From the NCBI GenBank assembly GCA_038887515.1, contig JAWAKK010000002.1, positions 96,001 through 160,000 on the forward strand: a DNA stretch of 64,000 bases, in the 5' to 3' direction. Below are positions 41,111-50,856 of this stretch, piece after piece. The notes below the pieces were generated by a model, which saw nothing but the letters and a program-made list of their open reading frames with translations, searched no databases and had not been told where the DNA came from. Origin of the DNA: Candidatus Nezhaarchaeales archaeon (lineage in GTDB: Archaea > Thermoproteota > Methanomethylicia > Nezhaarchaeales > WYZ-LMO8). A program made the translations under genes and the position numbers. How positions within the stretch are numbered: the first letter of the stretch is position 1; each line of letters starts with the position of its first letter.

Positions 41111-41656
41111 ATGCATGCTAAAAGGTGTTTAGCGTTGAAATTTAACTTACTGGTCTCCACGTACAGGAGCAGAGAAGATGAGTGTATAAGCGAGCTATGG
41201 TATTTATTCCGAGAGCTAGGCGACGATCAGGTAGAGATACGTAGAGCACCGGTTCCCGGACTACTGTTCGTAAGAACCAATCTTGATCCTTTTGAGGCAT
41301 CTAAAAAGATTGGAGAGATAGCCAGAGAGAGACCTTGGGACGTAAGGTATACCTTGAAGCTTACTCCAATCGATGCCGTTACTAGCGACGATCTGGATGA
41401 AATTAAGAGTGTAGCAGTTGCACTAGCAAATAAGAAGATACGTGAAGATGAAACTTTTAGGATAACGGTGAACAAAAGGCTTTCCAGCATTAGTAGTAGG
41501 AAGCTTATAGAGGAAGTAGCCAAGGAGATTAATAGGAAAGTTAGCTTAAAGAAACCCGATAAGATTCTACAAATAGAAATAGTCGGGAAAGACGTAGGAA
41601 TAGTCGTGTTAAAGCCAGAAGACGTAGTTTCAATAGTTAAGATAACTACCTCTTAA
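41111..41656 (+). CDS. Stand-alone THUMP domain RNA-binding protein
   Basis: FRITVNKR, VSLKKPDKILQIEI. Confidence 0.85.
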   Translation: MHAKRCLALKFNLLVSTYRSREDECISELWYLFRELGDDQVEIRRAPVPGLLFVRTNLDPFEASKKIGEIARERPWDVRYTLKLTPIDAVTSDDLDEIKSVAVALANKKIREDETFRITVNKRLSSISSRKLIEEVAKEINRKVSLKKPDKILQIEIVGKDVGIVVLKPEDVVSIVKITTS

Positions 41657-42242
41657 TTTTTAAAAGGGCCATCCTCGTTAAAACGCTCTTCAACTCGGCG
41701 CTTAAAACGGACGATTTGTAGCTAGTAGTAGATAGCTCATCGCTCTTAACGTTGAGCATCTTTAATAGAGAACCTGATTCTGGTGCCTTCAAAACATTAA
41801 GTGGCAACAAAACTTCAACGGGCAGGGAAGATAAAGCCGATAGCGATTCTTCTAAGACGTCCTTGTTAGGAGATATGATGTAAAGGCAAAACTCTCTAGC
41901 CCTATCATCTAACCCAGCAATTTTAAGAGCATTAGTTATCTGATCTTCACATGTAAGGCGTACCAAGAACTCTATGTTAAACTTGTTACTTATGTTATCT
42001 CTAGTGACAAATGCTTTTAGAGTATGATAAAAGACGTGCAAGACGTGGACCGGCGATATTGCAAGTCCGGGGCGTGTTACCGCCCATAAAACCTTGAAAG
42101 GTTTGAAAACCTTCTCCAATGATTGGATTATTTCCTGCGATGGAAGTTCACTTCTTAACTTTATGTATATGATGCCTAAGCCTGTTTGATCCTTGTTGCT
42201 TATAAGGAGAGATAGCAATTCCCTTGCGAAATCAATGTTCAT
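41646..42242 (-). CDS. cgi121: KEOPS subunit Cgi121 (start likely ATG 42242)
   Basis: NIS...IEFLVRL...QITNALKIAG pattern. Confidence 0.8.
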   Translation of the reverse strand: MNIDFARELLSLLISNKDQTGLGIIYIKLRSELPSQEIIQSLEKVFKPFKVLWAVTRPGLAISPVHVLHVFYHTLKAFVTRDNISNKFNIEFLVRLTCEDQITNALKIAGLDDRAREFCLYIISPNKDVLEESLSALSSLPVEVLLPLNVLKAPESGSLLKMLNVKSDELSTTSYKSSVLSAELKSVLTRMALLKIKR

Positions 42243-42531
42243 GATTGGATCCACCATGAACTGATGGTATTAACGATATCTCTTTAATATCGCCTTGAGA
42301 AGTATTGACACCGCCGATGACGTTTACGTCAACGCCGTCAACCATAACTATTATATCGCTCCTTATGTTTCCTCCACTAGGTTCAAAGACCCTCTTAAGG
42401 AGAGACTCGTTGTCTTTGCATGCCAAGCGTATTATGTCTATTATCTTGATACCTTGAGGTACATCCACTTCAATAGAGCTAGACTTCGCTAAACTTCGAA
42501 GCACCGCTAAGAAGTTCACTTTAACTTTCAT
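42232..42531 (-). CDS. Ubiquitin-like Urm1/SAMP (MoaD/ThiS) protein with a 5-aa tail after GG
   Basis: MKVKVNFLA...IVMVDG...IPSVHGG-SNHEH. Confidence 0.85.
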   Translation of the reverse strand: MKVKVNFLAVLRSLAKSSSIEVDVPQGIKIIDIIRLACKDNESLLKRVFEPSGGNIRSDIIVMVDGVDVNVIGGVNTSQGDIKEISLIPSVHGGSNHEH

Positions 42532-42548
42532 ATTTTAAACCTCATAAA

Positions 42549-42605
42549 GAGGTCAGTTGAGGTACATGTCTTCACCTTTCAGTGCAGGTCAGCTTCTTCA
42601 TCCCT
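42549..42605 (-). ncRNA. C/D-box methylation guide sRNA
   Basis: ATGAAGA-12nt-CTGA-aag-GTGAAGA-12nt-CTGA; short terminal stem; ATTTAAAT at 42631-42638. Confidence 0.9.
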
Positions 42606-42653
42606 ACTCCTAGAAGTACTTTGTAAGCATATTTAAATGTTCACGTAGGGTTT

Positions 42654-43871
42654 ATGTTATTGGTGGCTGCAATATCCTATGGTTATGGTAATAAGGAAAG
42701 CCCAGTACTTCTTAAAAGATCCCTACTTAGCATTATAGAGAAGAAGTTAAAGAGAGAGAAACTCAAAGTTGCTAAGAATGATAGCCATTCTAAACGTAAA
42801 CCCATAAGCTGTGGTCTTACGGTACATCCCGGTTCCGGTTGCCCCCTTCAATGTAGTTACTGCTATATTTACGACATGGGATTTAACACGTATGCAACGC
42901 CATACTCTCTTGAAGGGCTTCAGCTCGTGGCAGCCCTTCTTTATAACAAGTATTTTTATCCTACTAGATGGGGTACTTATCTTGCATTCGGTAGCGTAAC
43001 AGAACCCTTCCTTCCAAATATAATGCCTAAAACGTTGGAGTATTTGAAAGCCGTGTCAGAGTATTTAGGCAATCCTTGTCAAGTTTCCACTAAGATGGTT
43101 ATCCACGACGAAGTGATAGAAGAGCTCGTTGGCATAAAGGATTTAAAAATATCATTTTTAATCACGGTAACGAGTCTCAGACAATTCCTCCATCTAGAGG
43201 AGAAAGCTCCTCACCCCTTCAAACGATTGGAGAACTTGAAGAGGTTGAGGAAAAAAGGGTTTAAACCGTTCGTGTTCTTGAGACCCCTCTTGCCTGGATT
43301 AAGCGATGAAGAGCTAAGTGAGATAGTAGACCAAGCACGAGCTTCAGGTGCTTATGGCATTGTTATCGGCAATTTAAGGTTATCACAAAACATAATTAAA
43401 AGGCTTTTAGGCAAAGGTATAAACCTTTCAAAGCTCTTTACAACAGATTTTAGATCTCTAAAAAAGGGATTTATCGATATTAGAGTTAATGGTAGGGTTT
43501 TATCATGCATTAGAGAAAGAGCTTTAGAGAGGGGACTCATCTTCGTGAAGAGGGCGTGCTGTGCCAATACGCTTTCGCAGTACCTCCAAGGACACAGTGA
43601 TGTGGTGTGCCCCTCCTTATGTTTCCTAAACGAAAATGTATGCGAACCAACATGTCCTTCTCAATGTAGAAGAAAGGCTCTAGGAGAACCTAATCACATA
43701 GATATGTATGAGACCATAGGAGAAGTTCTCGGATCAAATAAGTACGAAGTAGACGTGGAGAATCACGTTATTTCCATAAAGCTTAAGGAAAGCTTGAGAG
43801 ATGAAAAGTCAGCATTATTCTCATTGATGTACCTCTTACGGAGGAAAATTAGATTTATAAAATCCACTTAG
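42654..43871 (+). CDS. Radical SAM protein (SplB/COG1533-like)
   Basis: CPLQCSYC, GSVTEPF, STK, RPLLPG; Cys-rich C-terminus. Confidence 0.85.
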   Translation: MLLVAAISYGYGNKESPVLLKRSLLSIIEKKLKREKLKVAKNDSHSKRKPISCGLTVHPGSGCPLQCSYCYIYDMGFNTYATPYSLEGLQLVAALLYNKYFYPTRWGTYLAFGSVTEPFLPNIMPKTLEYLKAVSEYLGNPCQVSTKMVIHDEVIEELVGIKDLKISFLITVTSLRQFLHLEEKAPHPFKRLENLKRLRKKGFKPFVFLRPLLPGLSDEELSEIVDQARASGAYGIVIGNLRLSQNIIKRLLGKGINLSKLFTTDFRSLKKGFIDIRVNGRVLSCIRERALERGLIFVKRACCANTLSQYLQGHSDVVCPSLCFLNENVCEPTCPSQCRRKALGEPNHIDMYETIGEVLGSNKYEVDVENHVISIKLKESLRDEKSALFSLMYLLRRKIRFIKST

Positions 43872-44077
43872 GTTTGTACTTGCTCAGCTACTTTATAGCG
43901 TCTAGCAAGTCTAGTTAAGTACCCGCTAACTCTATTTAAGAAGTGTTTAGCTCTAACAGTTGAAACTTCTAGGACCAACTTCTTGTTTTGTGCGTAATCT
44001 AAGCTCACCTTGTCGTAGTACTGTTGAAATATCTGGATGGCTAACCTTTTCACGGTCAGCGGTCTTATCTTCCCCAT
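43868..44077 (-). CDS. rps17e: Ribosomal protein eS17
   Basis: MGKIRP..VKR, NRVSGYLT. Confidence 0.93.
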   Translation of the reverse strand: MGKIRPLTVKRLAIQIFQQYYDKVSLDYAQNKKLVLEVSTVRAKHFLNRVSGYLTRLARRYKVAEQVQT

Positions 44078-44195
44078 GCGGTCTCGACCTATGCCTATCG
44101 TTTAGGCAGGCTTTATTTAACCTTTTCTTTGAAGAGGTCCTAAGAAAATACTAATAGTAACTAAAGTTCATATTGATATACTGAGGTGGGGTGGT

Positions 44196-44432
44196 CTGGC
44201 AGAACTACCGTTAGCTCCAATAGATAGGATTATTAGAAGAGCTGGTGCTGAGCGTGTGGGAGACGACGCTGTCAAAGCTCTATGTAAAATACTTGAAGAT
44301 GTCGCACTCGACATTGCGCGGGAAGCCGTGGAACTGGCTCGTCACGCCGGTAGAAAGACCGTCACAGCTGAAGACGTCAATTTAGCTGTTAAACATGTCC
44401 TCCGCTGGCTTAGCGTAAGTATGTATAAATGA
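44196..44432 (+). CDS. Archaeal histone (HMf type), CTG start, not in ORF track
   Basis: MAELPLAPIDRIIRRAGAERV...ARHAGRKTVTAEDVNLA; SD GAGGTG at 44183-44188. Confidence 0.93.
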   Translation: MAELPLAPIDRIIRRAGAERVGDDAVKALCKILEDVALDIAREAVELARHAGRKTVTAEDVNLAVKHVLRWLSVSMYK

Positions 44433-44558
44433 TGAAATGCAGTTTTTATATACCGCAAGATAGTGATGTAGCAATTTTCTTTTCATAAGAAAAAGTTATA
44501 TAGAAGCCCTTTCTCATAACTCTCCGAAGAATATATCTTGAGGTAGAGGTGGCTCGCT

Positions 44559-46223
44559 ATGGTCGCAACAGTAGGCCAGGTTGGTCAAGTTGGTGGCATG
44601 CCCGTCTTAATTCTAAAGGAGGGCTCTACTAGGACATATGGCAGAGAAGCTCAGAGAGCTAACATAGCGGCTGCGAGGGCTATTGCTGAAACTCTAAGGA
44701 CTACCTTGGGACCTCGAGGAATGGATAAGATGCTCGTAGATAGCTTAGGGGATGTCACGATAACAAATGACGGGGCTACTATACTTGACGAGATGGATGT
44801 ACAACATCCTGCCGCTAAGATGCTTGTAGAGATAGCTAAAGCTCAAGATGAAGAGGTTGGCGATGGGACCACGACTGTTGTAGTTTTAGCTGGCGAACTT
44901 TTAAAGAGAGCTGAAGAGCTGATGGCCAAGAACATCCACCCAACGGTAATAATCGACGGATATGGCAAAGCCCTTGAGTTCTGCCAAAAAGAAGTTGAGA
45001 AGTTAAGTTTCCCTATAAGCCTTCAAGACGAAGAGCTCCTAAAATTGATAGCTAAGACTTCTATGCACGCTAAAGTAGTAAGTGCTGCACGCGATTATTT
45101 AGCAGATTTAGCTGTTAAGGCTATCAAACAAATAGTCGAAGAGAGGGATGGTAAGTTCGTTGCTGACGTAGAGCAAGTACAACTAGTTAAGAGACAGGGA
45201 GGTAGCATAACCGATACAAAGCTAATTCAAGGAGTCATAGTAGATAAAGAGGTCGTTCACACAGGAATGCCAAGACATGTAGAGAAGGCAAAGATTGCTC
45301 TACTTGATTGTCCATTAGAGGTTGAAAAGACGGAGATAGATGCAGAAATTAGGATAAGTGATCCGGCTCAAATGAAGGCATTCATCGAAGAAGAAGAGAA
45401 AATATTGAAAGGAATGGTCGAAAAAATAAAGAGTGTAGGCGCTAACGTTGTCTTCTGTCAGAAAGGTATCGATGACATGGCGCAGCACTACTTAGCTAAA
45501 GCCGGAATTTTAGCCGCTCGTAGAGTTAAGAAGTCAGACATGGAGAAGCTTGCGCGCGCAACTGGTGCAAGGATTGTTACGAACATCGAAGATTTAACGC
45601 CCAACGACTTAGGATACGCCGAGCTCGTAGAGGAAAGAAAAGTAGCCGATGAAAAGATGATATTTGTTGAGAATTGCAAGAACCCCAGGTCAGTGGCTAT
45701 ATTGATTAGAGGGGGACTAGAAAAGTTCGTAGACGAAGCTGAAAGGGCGCTGAAAGACGCTTTAAGTGCAGTTGCAAGCGCCGTTGAATGCGGGCGCTAC
45801 GTAGCTGGTGGTGGAGCGACAGAGATGGAGTTGGCCAAAAGACTACGTGAGTATGCTGCTAAAGTTGGAGGTAAAGAGCAGCTAGCAATAGAGGCTTTCG
45901 CCAACGCTCTAGAGGTCGTACCAAGGACACTCGCAGAAAACGGAGGACATGATCCAATAGATGTTATAATGGCTCTACGCGCAGAGCACGAAAAAGAAAA
46001 CAACTACTATGTCGGTGTAGACGTCTATGCTGGAAAGCCGGTAGACATGCTTAAGCTGGGTGTCATAGAGCCGTTGAGCGTTAAGTTGACAGCGCTAAAA
46101 TCCGCTACCGAGGCTGCGGCAATGATTTTGAGGATAGACGACGTCATAGCTGCTGCTCGAAGCGAAGCAGGAAAGGAAAAAGGAGGAACTAAAGAAAAAG
46201 AGGAAAAAGAGAGTGAAGAGTAA
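44559..46223 (+). CDS. ths: Thermosome subunit (group II chaperonin)
   Basis: [22 protein letters not shown]. Confidence 0.97.
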   Translation: MVATVGQVGQVGGMPVLILKEGSTRTYGREAQRANIAAARAIAETLRTTLGPRGMDKMLVDSLGDVTITNDGATILDEMDVQHPAAKMLVEIAKAQDEEVGDGTTTVVVLAGELLKRAEELMAKNIHPTVIIDGYGKALEFCQKEVEKLSFPISLQDEELLKLIAKTSMHAKVVSAARDYLADLAVKAIKQIVEERDGKFVADVEQVQLVKRQGGSITDTKLIQGVIVDKEVVHTGMPRHVEKAKIALLDCPLEVEKTEIDAEIRISDPAQMKAFIEEEEKILKGMVEKIKSVGANVVFCQKGIDDMAQHYLAKAGILAARRVKKSDMEKLARATGARIVTNIEDLTPNDLGYAELVEERKVADEKMIFVENCKNPRSVAILIRGGLEKFVDEAERALKDALSAVASAVECGRYVAGGGATEMELAKRLREYAAKVGGKEQLAIEAFANALEVVPRTLAENGGHDPIDVIMALRAEHEKENNYYVGVDVYAGKPVDMLKLGVIEPLSVKLTALKSATEAAAMILRIDDVIAAARSEAGKEKGGTKEKEEKESEE

Positions 46224-46256
46224 GACATAACTTTTTTGTTCCATTTGTTTTTATTT

Positions 46257-46889
46257 ATGGACGTTAAACCTCTAAGGATATTGATAGCTGGGACACCTTC
46301 TGTAGGTAAAACTACTATCGCAAAGAAGCTCGCTGATATTATTAACTATCATTATGTTGATGTGGCTAAAGTTGTAGTCGAAAACCAGCTGTACAAGGGG
46401 AAGGACTTTAAGAGAGGTAGTTTAATAGTTGATATTAAGAGGGCTAGGGAGTTCTTTTCTGACTATATCGTAAGACTTGGAAATGTTGTCTTAGACAGCC
46501 ATGTAGTAGAGATTTTTCCTAAACGCCTTGTAGACAGGGTGATAATACTAAGAGCACATCCATTGTTAATCTTTAAAAGATGTATCGAAAGAGGATGGTC
46601 GCTAGAGAAAAGTTTAGAAAATGCTCAAGCGGAACTCTTGGGTGTTTGTTTATTTGATGCGATAAGGGTTTATGGTGTGAGAAAAGTTTGGCAGATTGAC
46701 TGTACGTGTCGACCTATGGAAGATATAATTTCGGAAACTCTAAAAGTCCTCAGGGGCAAGAAGCGGAGAGAGTACGTCGATTGGCTTAAGAGGATTGAGT
46801 CGGAGGAAAAGCTGGACTTGTTACTAGAGCTAGAAAAGGCTCGAGATTTGCCTAAAGATTTCTTCGAACTTTTGGGCGACTGTAGATAA
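46257..46889 (+). CDS. AK6/Fap7-type adenylate kinase
   Basis: GTPSVGKT, LDSH, RGW...ENAQAE. Confidence 0.87.
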   Translation: MDVKPLRILIAGTPSVGKTTIAKKLADIINYHYVDVAKVVVENQLYKGKDFKRGSLIVDIKRAREFFSDYIVRLGNVVLDSHVVEIFPKRLVDRVIILRAHPLLIFKRCIERGWSLEKSLENAQAELLGVCLFDAIRVYGVRKVWQIDCTCRPMEDIISETLKVLRGKKRREYVDWLKRIESEEKLDLLLELEKARDLPKDFFELLGDCR

Positions 46890-47063
46890 GAAATCTCCAA
46901 CAGACTTACTTGCATTACCAAGCGTTGTATTGACCCCTCCCAAGAGCCCTATTATCATTGATAGAATTATCGATAGCACTACTACAGAAATTCCTATGAG
47001 CATACCTTCTTCCAGTAATATAGATCCTCTAACCCCTCGCTTATTATCACCCATCTCAATCAT
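46830..47063 (-). CDS. Putative Flp-like type IV pilin
   Basis: Class III signal RG/SILLE (Glu at +5) followed by a hydrophobic helix; last gene of secretion-ATPase operon. Confidence 0.65.
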   Translation of the reverse strand: MIEMGDNKRGVRGSILLEEGMLIGISVVVLSIILSMIIGLLGGVNTTLGNASKSVGDFLSTVAQKFEEIFRQISSLF

Positions 47064-47089
47064 CGTTTTTAAATAGAAATTAACGGCTC

Positions 47090-47903
47090 TTAAACTCCCT
47101 CATAAGGGGGTAGTACTATGAAGGCTATAAGAATTAGTAGAGGGATGACGAGTTCTTTAGATGAAGGGTAACGTAGTTGAACGAAAGATGAGAATATCAC
47201 GGAAAGGACTATGGAGAAGAAAGCAAAAGCTATGATAACTAAAAACCCGTTGATAAACTTGTATACGAGAACTCTATAAACATGAGAAAAGTCTTTATCA
47301 TGAACCCTAAGGTCATCGCGGAGGCTGTTTGTAGTACTCGGTACTTCATCCGCTCGGCTACAATTAGATCCTTTAATTTTTTGCGTTGGAATACACTGAA
47401 AAGCTAAGATTGTGAAATGAAATAACAAGACTTCTTAGTGAAAACTCGTCAGCGAAGTCTAGCCTTCTAATGATTGAGAGTATAAAGTTGGTTAAGGGCG
47501 ATGAAACTTTCGTTTTATTTGCTAACTTCAAGTTTTTAATCGTAAGTAACTTTTTATAAAGTAAGGTTCTTAGAGTATCCCTCATCCTTAAGGCAGTAGA
47601 CGGCGTGTTTTGAGTGTCTCTATAGGCCCCTTTTAGGAGGGAAAGCACGTTTCTCCGACCTTCAGCAATGGAAGAGACGAGCCTATTAGAGAGGAAGTAA
47701 AGAAATTCGTAATCTGCTAAACGATCATTCAGTTTTATTATAAATTTTAAGCAATCTCTTATAGTTGTGTAAATAAAGAAGGTGACAATTAAAGAGCATG
47801 CTATGGACAATAAAGCGTTTGACGATATTGAAAGAGATAGAGTGAAAAAGCTTAATCCAAATAAGGAGACCCAAAACAACATTTTTATCGAATTTAAGAC
47901 CAT
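47090..47903 (-). pseudogene. Frameshifted membrane platform protein (TadB/C-like)
   Basis: Overlapping ORFs 47373-47903 and 47090-47428; adding one base at each of two homopolymer runs gives one 271-aa membrane protein. Confidence 0.55.
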
Positions 47904-47912
47904 TTTAATCGC

Positions 47913-48512
47913 CTAAACGAGAATTTTCGTGTATCTCCTTAATATTATGACGACAAGTTGCAGAGAAACCCCGTAAAACATTGATGCTACGATTGGTAAT
48001 GTGAGTAGTACGTTTTGCTGATAAAATAACGCCATTAGGGTTATGGGGATTGGAGTTATGGTAATACCCGATACTATTAACGTGGTAATACTTCGTATGT
48101 TAGATGTAAAAAGCTTCCTTCGAATATTCCTAAGAGATTCTTGAAACATATAATCGCTCATAAGCTTTCTTTGCAAGAAGATATAAGAATGAAAGTTAGA
48201 TAAAGGCGTTGAGGATTTAAGTTTCTCAACGTCGTAACCTAGAGACACCTTTTGGGCAACCGACCTTAGTGATGGACTTATTAATCCATGTCGATGGCTG
48301 AGCCTGGTTAAGGCGAGAAGAACTGAAGGGACATTCCTGTGAGTGTAGGATAGCATGGATGCTATTTTAAGCGTCAATGCGTCAAAATCTGCTAAGTAGC
48401 TTTGACTTTTTAAGTCCATAAGCTGATGCTTGAAGACTAGGCTAAAAGTAACGATAAAAAATGTTGAAAAAAGCAGAGTTACTGAACTAAATTCAAACAG
48501 CATAAAACCCAT
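47913..48512 (-). CDS. Membrane protein, probable TadB/C-like platform subunit
   Basis: One N-terminal and two C-terminal TM segments; directly after the ATPase. Confidence 0.55.
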   Translation of the reverse strand: MGFMLFEFSSVTLLFSTFFIVTFSLVFKHQLMDLKSQSYLADFDALTLKIASMLSYTHRNVPSVLLALTRLSHRHGLISPSLRSVAQKVSLGYDVEKLKSSTPLSNFHSYIFLQRKLMSDYMFQESLRNIRRKLFTSNIRSITTLIVSGITITPIPITLMALFYQQNVLLTLPIVASMFYGVSLQLVVIILRRYTKILV

Positions 48513-50648
48513 CCTCTACGAACCGCTGAATGTAAGAATCAAACATTTTAGTAAAAGACGCGACGTCTGGAGGATGTGTAGTTATTAAAGATTCTAACAG
48601 TGTTTTGAGAACTTCGTATTCTCTAACCAATAATTCGTAGCTGACTCCCAGTTCCATGATTTTAAGTATCGATGGCGATTTAAGGACATTGTCGATGGTT
48701 GCTTTGTGAACATCGTCTTCGGGATCCCACTTAAAAACTAAAGTTAAGGGTATATCTACATCGCTTAGAGGACCTTGAATTAAAGAACCAACTGCCCATA
48801 TTTCTGCTACACGACGTAAGAGTTTAGAGCCTTTATAGCACTTTACCACGTGGACTATTAAATCTATACCTACTATATCTTCCTTTGAAATCCCACAGTG
48901 AAATAACCAGCGCCTCATTAAACCGAGAACCGAAGAGGCGTGACACGTATGTATTCCTCGAAGACCGGCCGATATTGCGTGAAACAAAGCTTTAAAGTGT
49001 TCTTTTGTTTGTAGTTCTCCCATGCAAATCCAATCAGGCGATCTGTGTAGAAGCTTTATCATTTCTGCAGATTTCTTTCGAGTATTCTTATGTGTTTCAA
49101 AGGGTTCAACATATAACCTGAGCTGATGGCGACCTTGAACCCTCTGATCGAGGCTTTCAACTACATCTTCTACGTATACCTTATGCCAATTTTTTGGTGT
49201 ACATAAGTCGAGGGCGTTCATTAAGGTTGTTTTCCCTGTCCCAGGTTCGCCACATATTATGATGTTCCTTCTATTTAGAATATGAAGAATGAGGAAAGCT
49301 GCTTCTTCCAGCGAAAGGGTATTGTTAAGTACTAAGTTTAATATCGTATAGTTTCTATGCTTAATCTTTCTAAGGTCAAGCGAAGGACCTTCATGCGACA
49401 AGGGTGGTATGTCAACTGAAGCCCTAATGGTGAAGTCGTCGATCTTAATGTTCCACTTTAATGAAGGATTTGAAGGATTTAATGGTAATTTGCTTTCCAA
49501 CATTATGTGGTTTATAAAACGTTGTGCCTCCCTGCACGTCATGGTTATATTGCTCACGCATCGTCCTACATCGACATGATCTAGATATACTTTCGTTCCA
49601 GGCTTATCTAGGTATACCTCGTCGACATCTCTATCTAATAGAAAAGGCATTAACTTGTGGATACCCAAGATCTTGTAGGCTGAGTACGAAGCTAACTTCT
49701 CAACTACAGAACTATCCTTGTTAGAGAGATCTATGGTCTTCATATGGTCTTCAACTGTTCTCTAAACTTTTCTTTTAAGAAAAGTATCTTCTCCTAGAGG
49801 GAGTCTAGCTTGACTACGTGATCTAAGATGACTCTATTAATACCGTTGATTAACATATTGGAAATTAGCTTAATAGAATAAGGGAAATGTACTGAGACTT
49901 GATATACGTGTTCTAGCTCTTGAGACCTAAATATTCTTATCCGGTAAGTGTCTACAAAGTACTCTTTGACTAACGACAACTCATTAAAGTTCTTCAAAGA
50001 AACCCTTTCTATTACTTTATACGGACGAAAAATTTCGTGATAAACGCCCTCATTAACTCGTCTATAACGGTCCTTGAATAAATATATCAATTGAGATCTC
50101 TCAACTTCCCTTAGCGATAGCATGAGAATGGCTGTTAACTTTTTAAAGCACTTATTATTACGACACCAAGGCCTATCGATCCTACTAATAGCAGTCTTTA
50201 AGCATTCGAAGAAACCGAATGGATCTACATAAGCCATACCTATGCGATGAAAAAAGAAGAGATGCTCTCTGCACGATAAGATTTCTTGAAGCAACTTGCA
50301 TGAACCATAGCAGGACTGCTTACTACCAGTTAAGTGGTTATAATCTCCTCTCTCGATACATAAATTAAAGAAGTGCTCTCTAATCTTCGAAAGCCTAGAC
50401 GAATAATCGCATAACATCTTCAACGTGGAGGGACCATACTCTATTATGAAATCACCTTTCTGGACTAAGAGTCCAAGTTTTTCCGGGCTTTTCTTTAAGA
50501 CTGATAGCTTTAAAATAAGCTTCCCCCTACAATTACCGTTGTTTACCAAGTCTGGTTCGCGATAATTACATTTCATTAGAAAGAGAGCTTTTCCACCTTT
50601 AAATAACATCCTTATACAGTTATCTGAAAGGCATGCAAACGACATCAC
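48493..50648 (-). pseudogene. Split VirB11/CpaF-type pilus assembly ATPase
   Basis: GEPGTGKT, PDWICMGE, HTCHA; in-frame TAG at 49794-49796 and 11-bp duplication at 49732-49753 separate the two halves. Confidence 0.8.
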
Positions 50649-50856
50649 TACAATCTTTAAATTAAAGCAATTTATAGAGCCACATAAATTCTTAGAAGTT
50701 GACTTATTTTTGTAAAATCCCTACTGTAGATGTTTAAGGCCGTCGAATGTTAAAAATGGTTAGCTTCACATCACATCGTTGATTTCTTATCGATGGTAGA
50801 GAGCTACCTTTAAGTTTAGCTTTTGATGCTTTAATCTAACTAAGTGGTAAGAGGGG

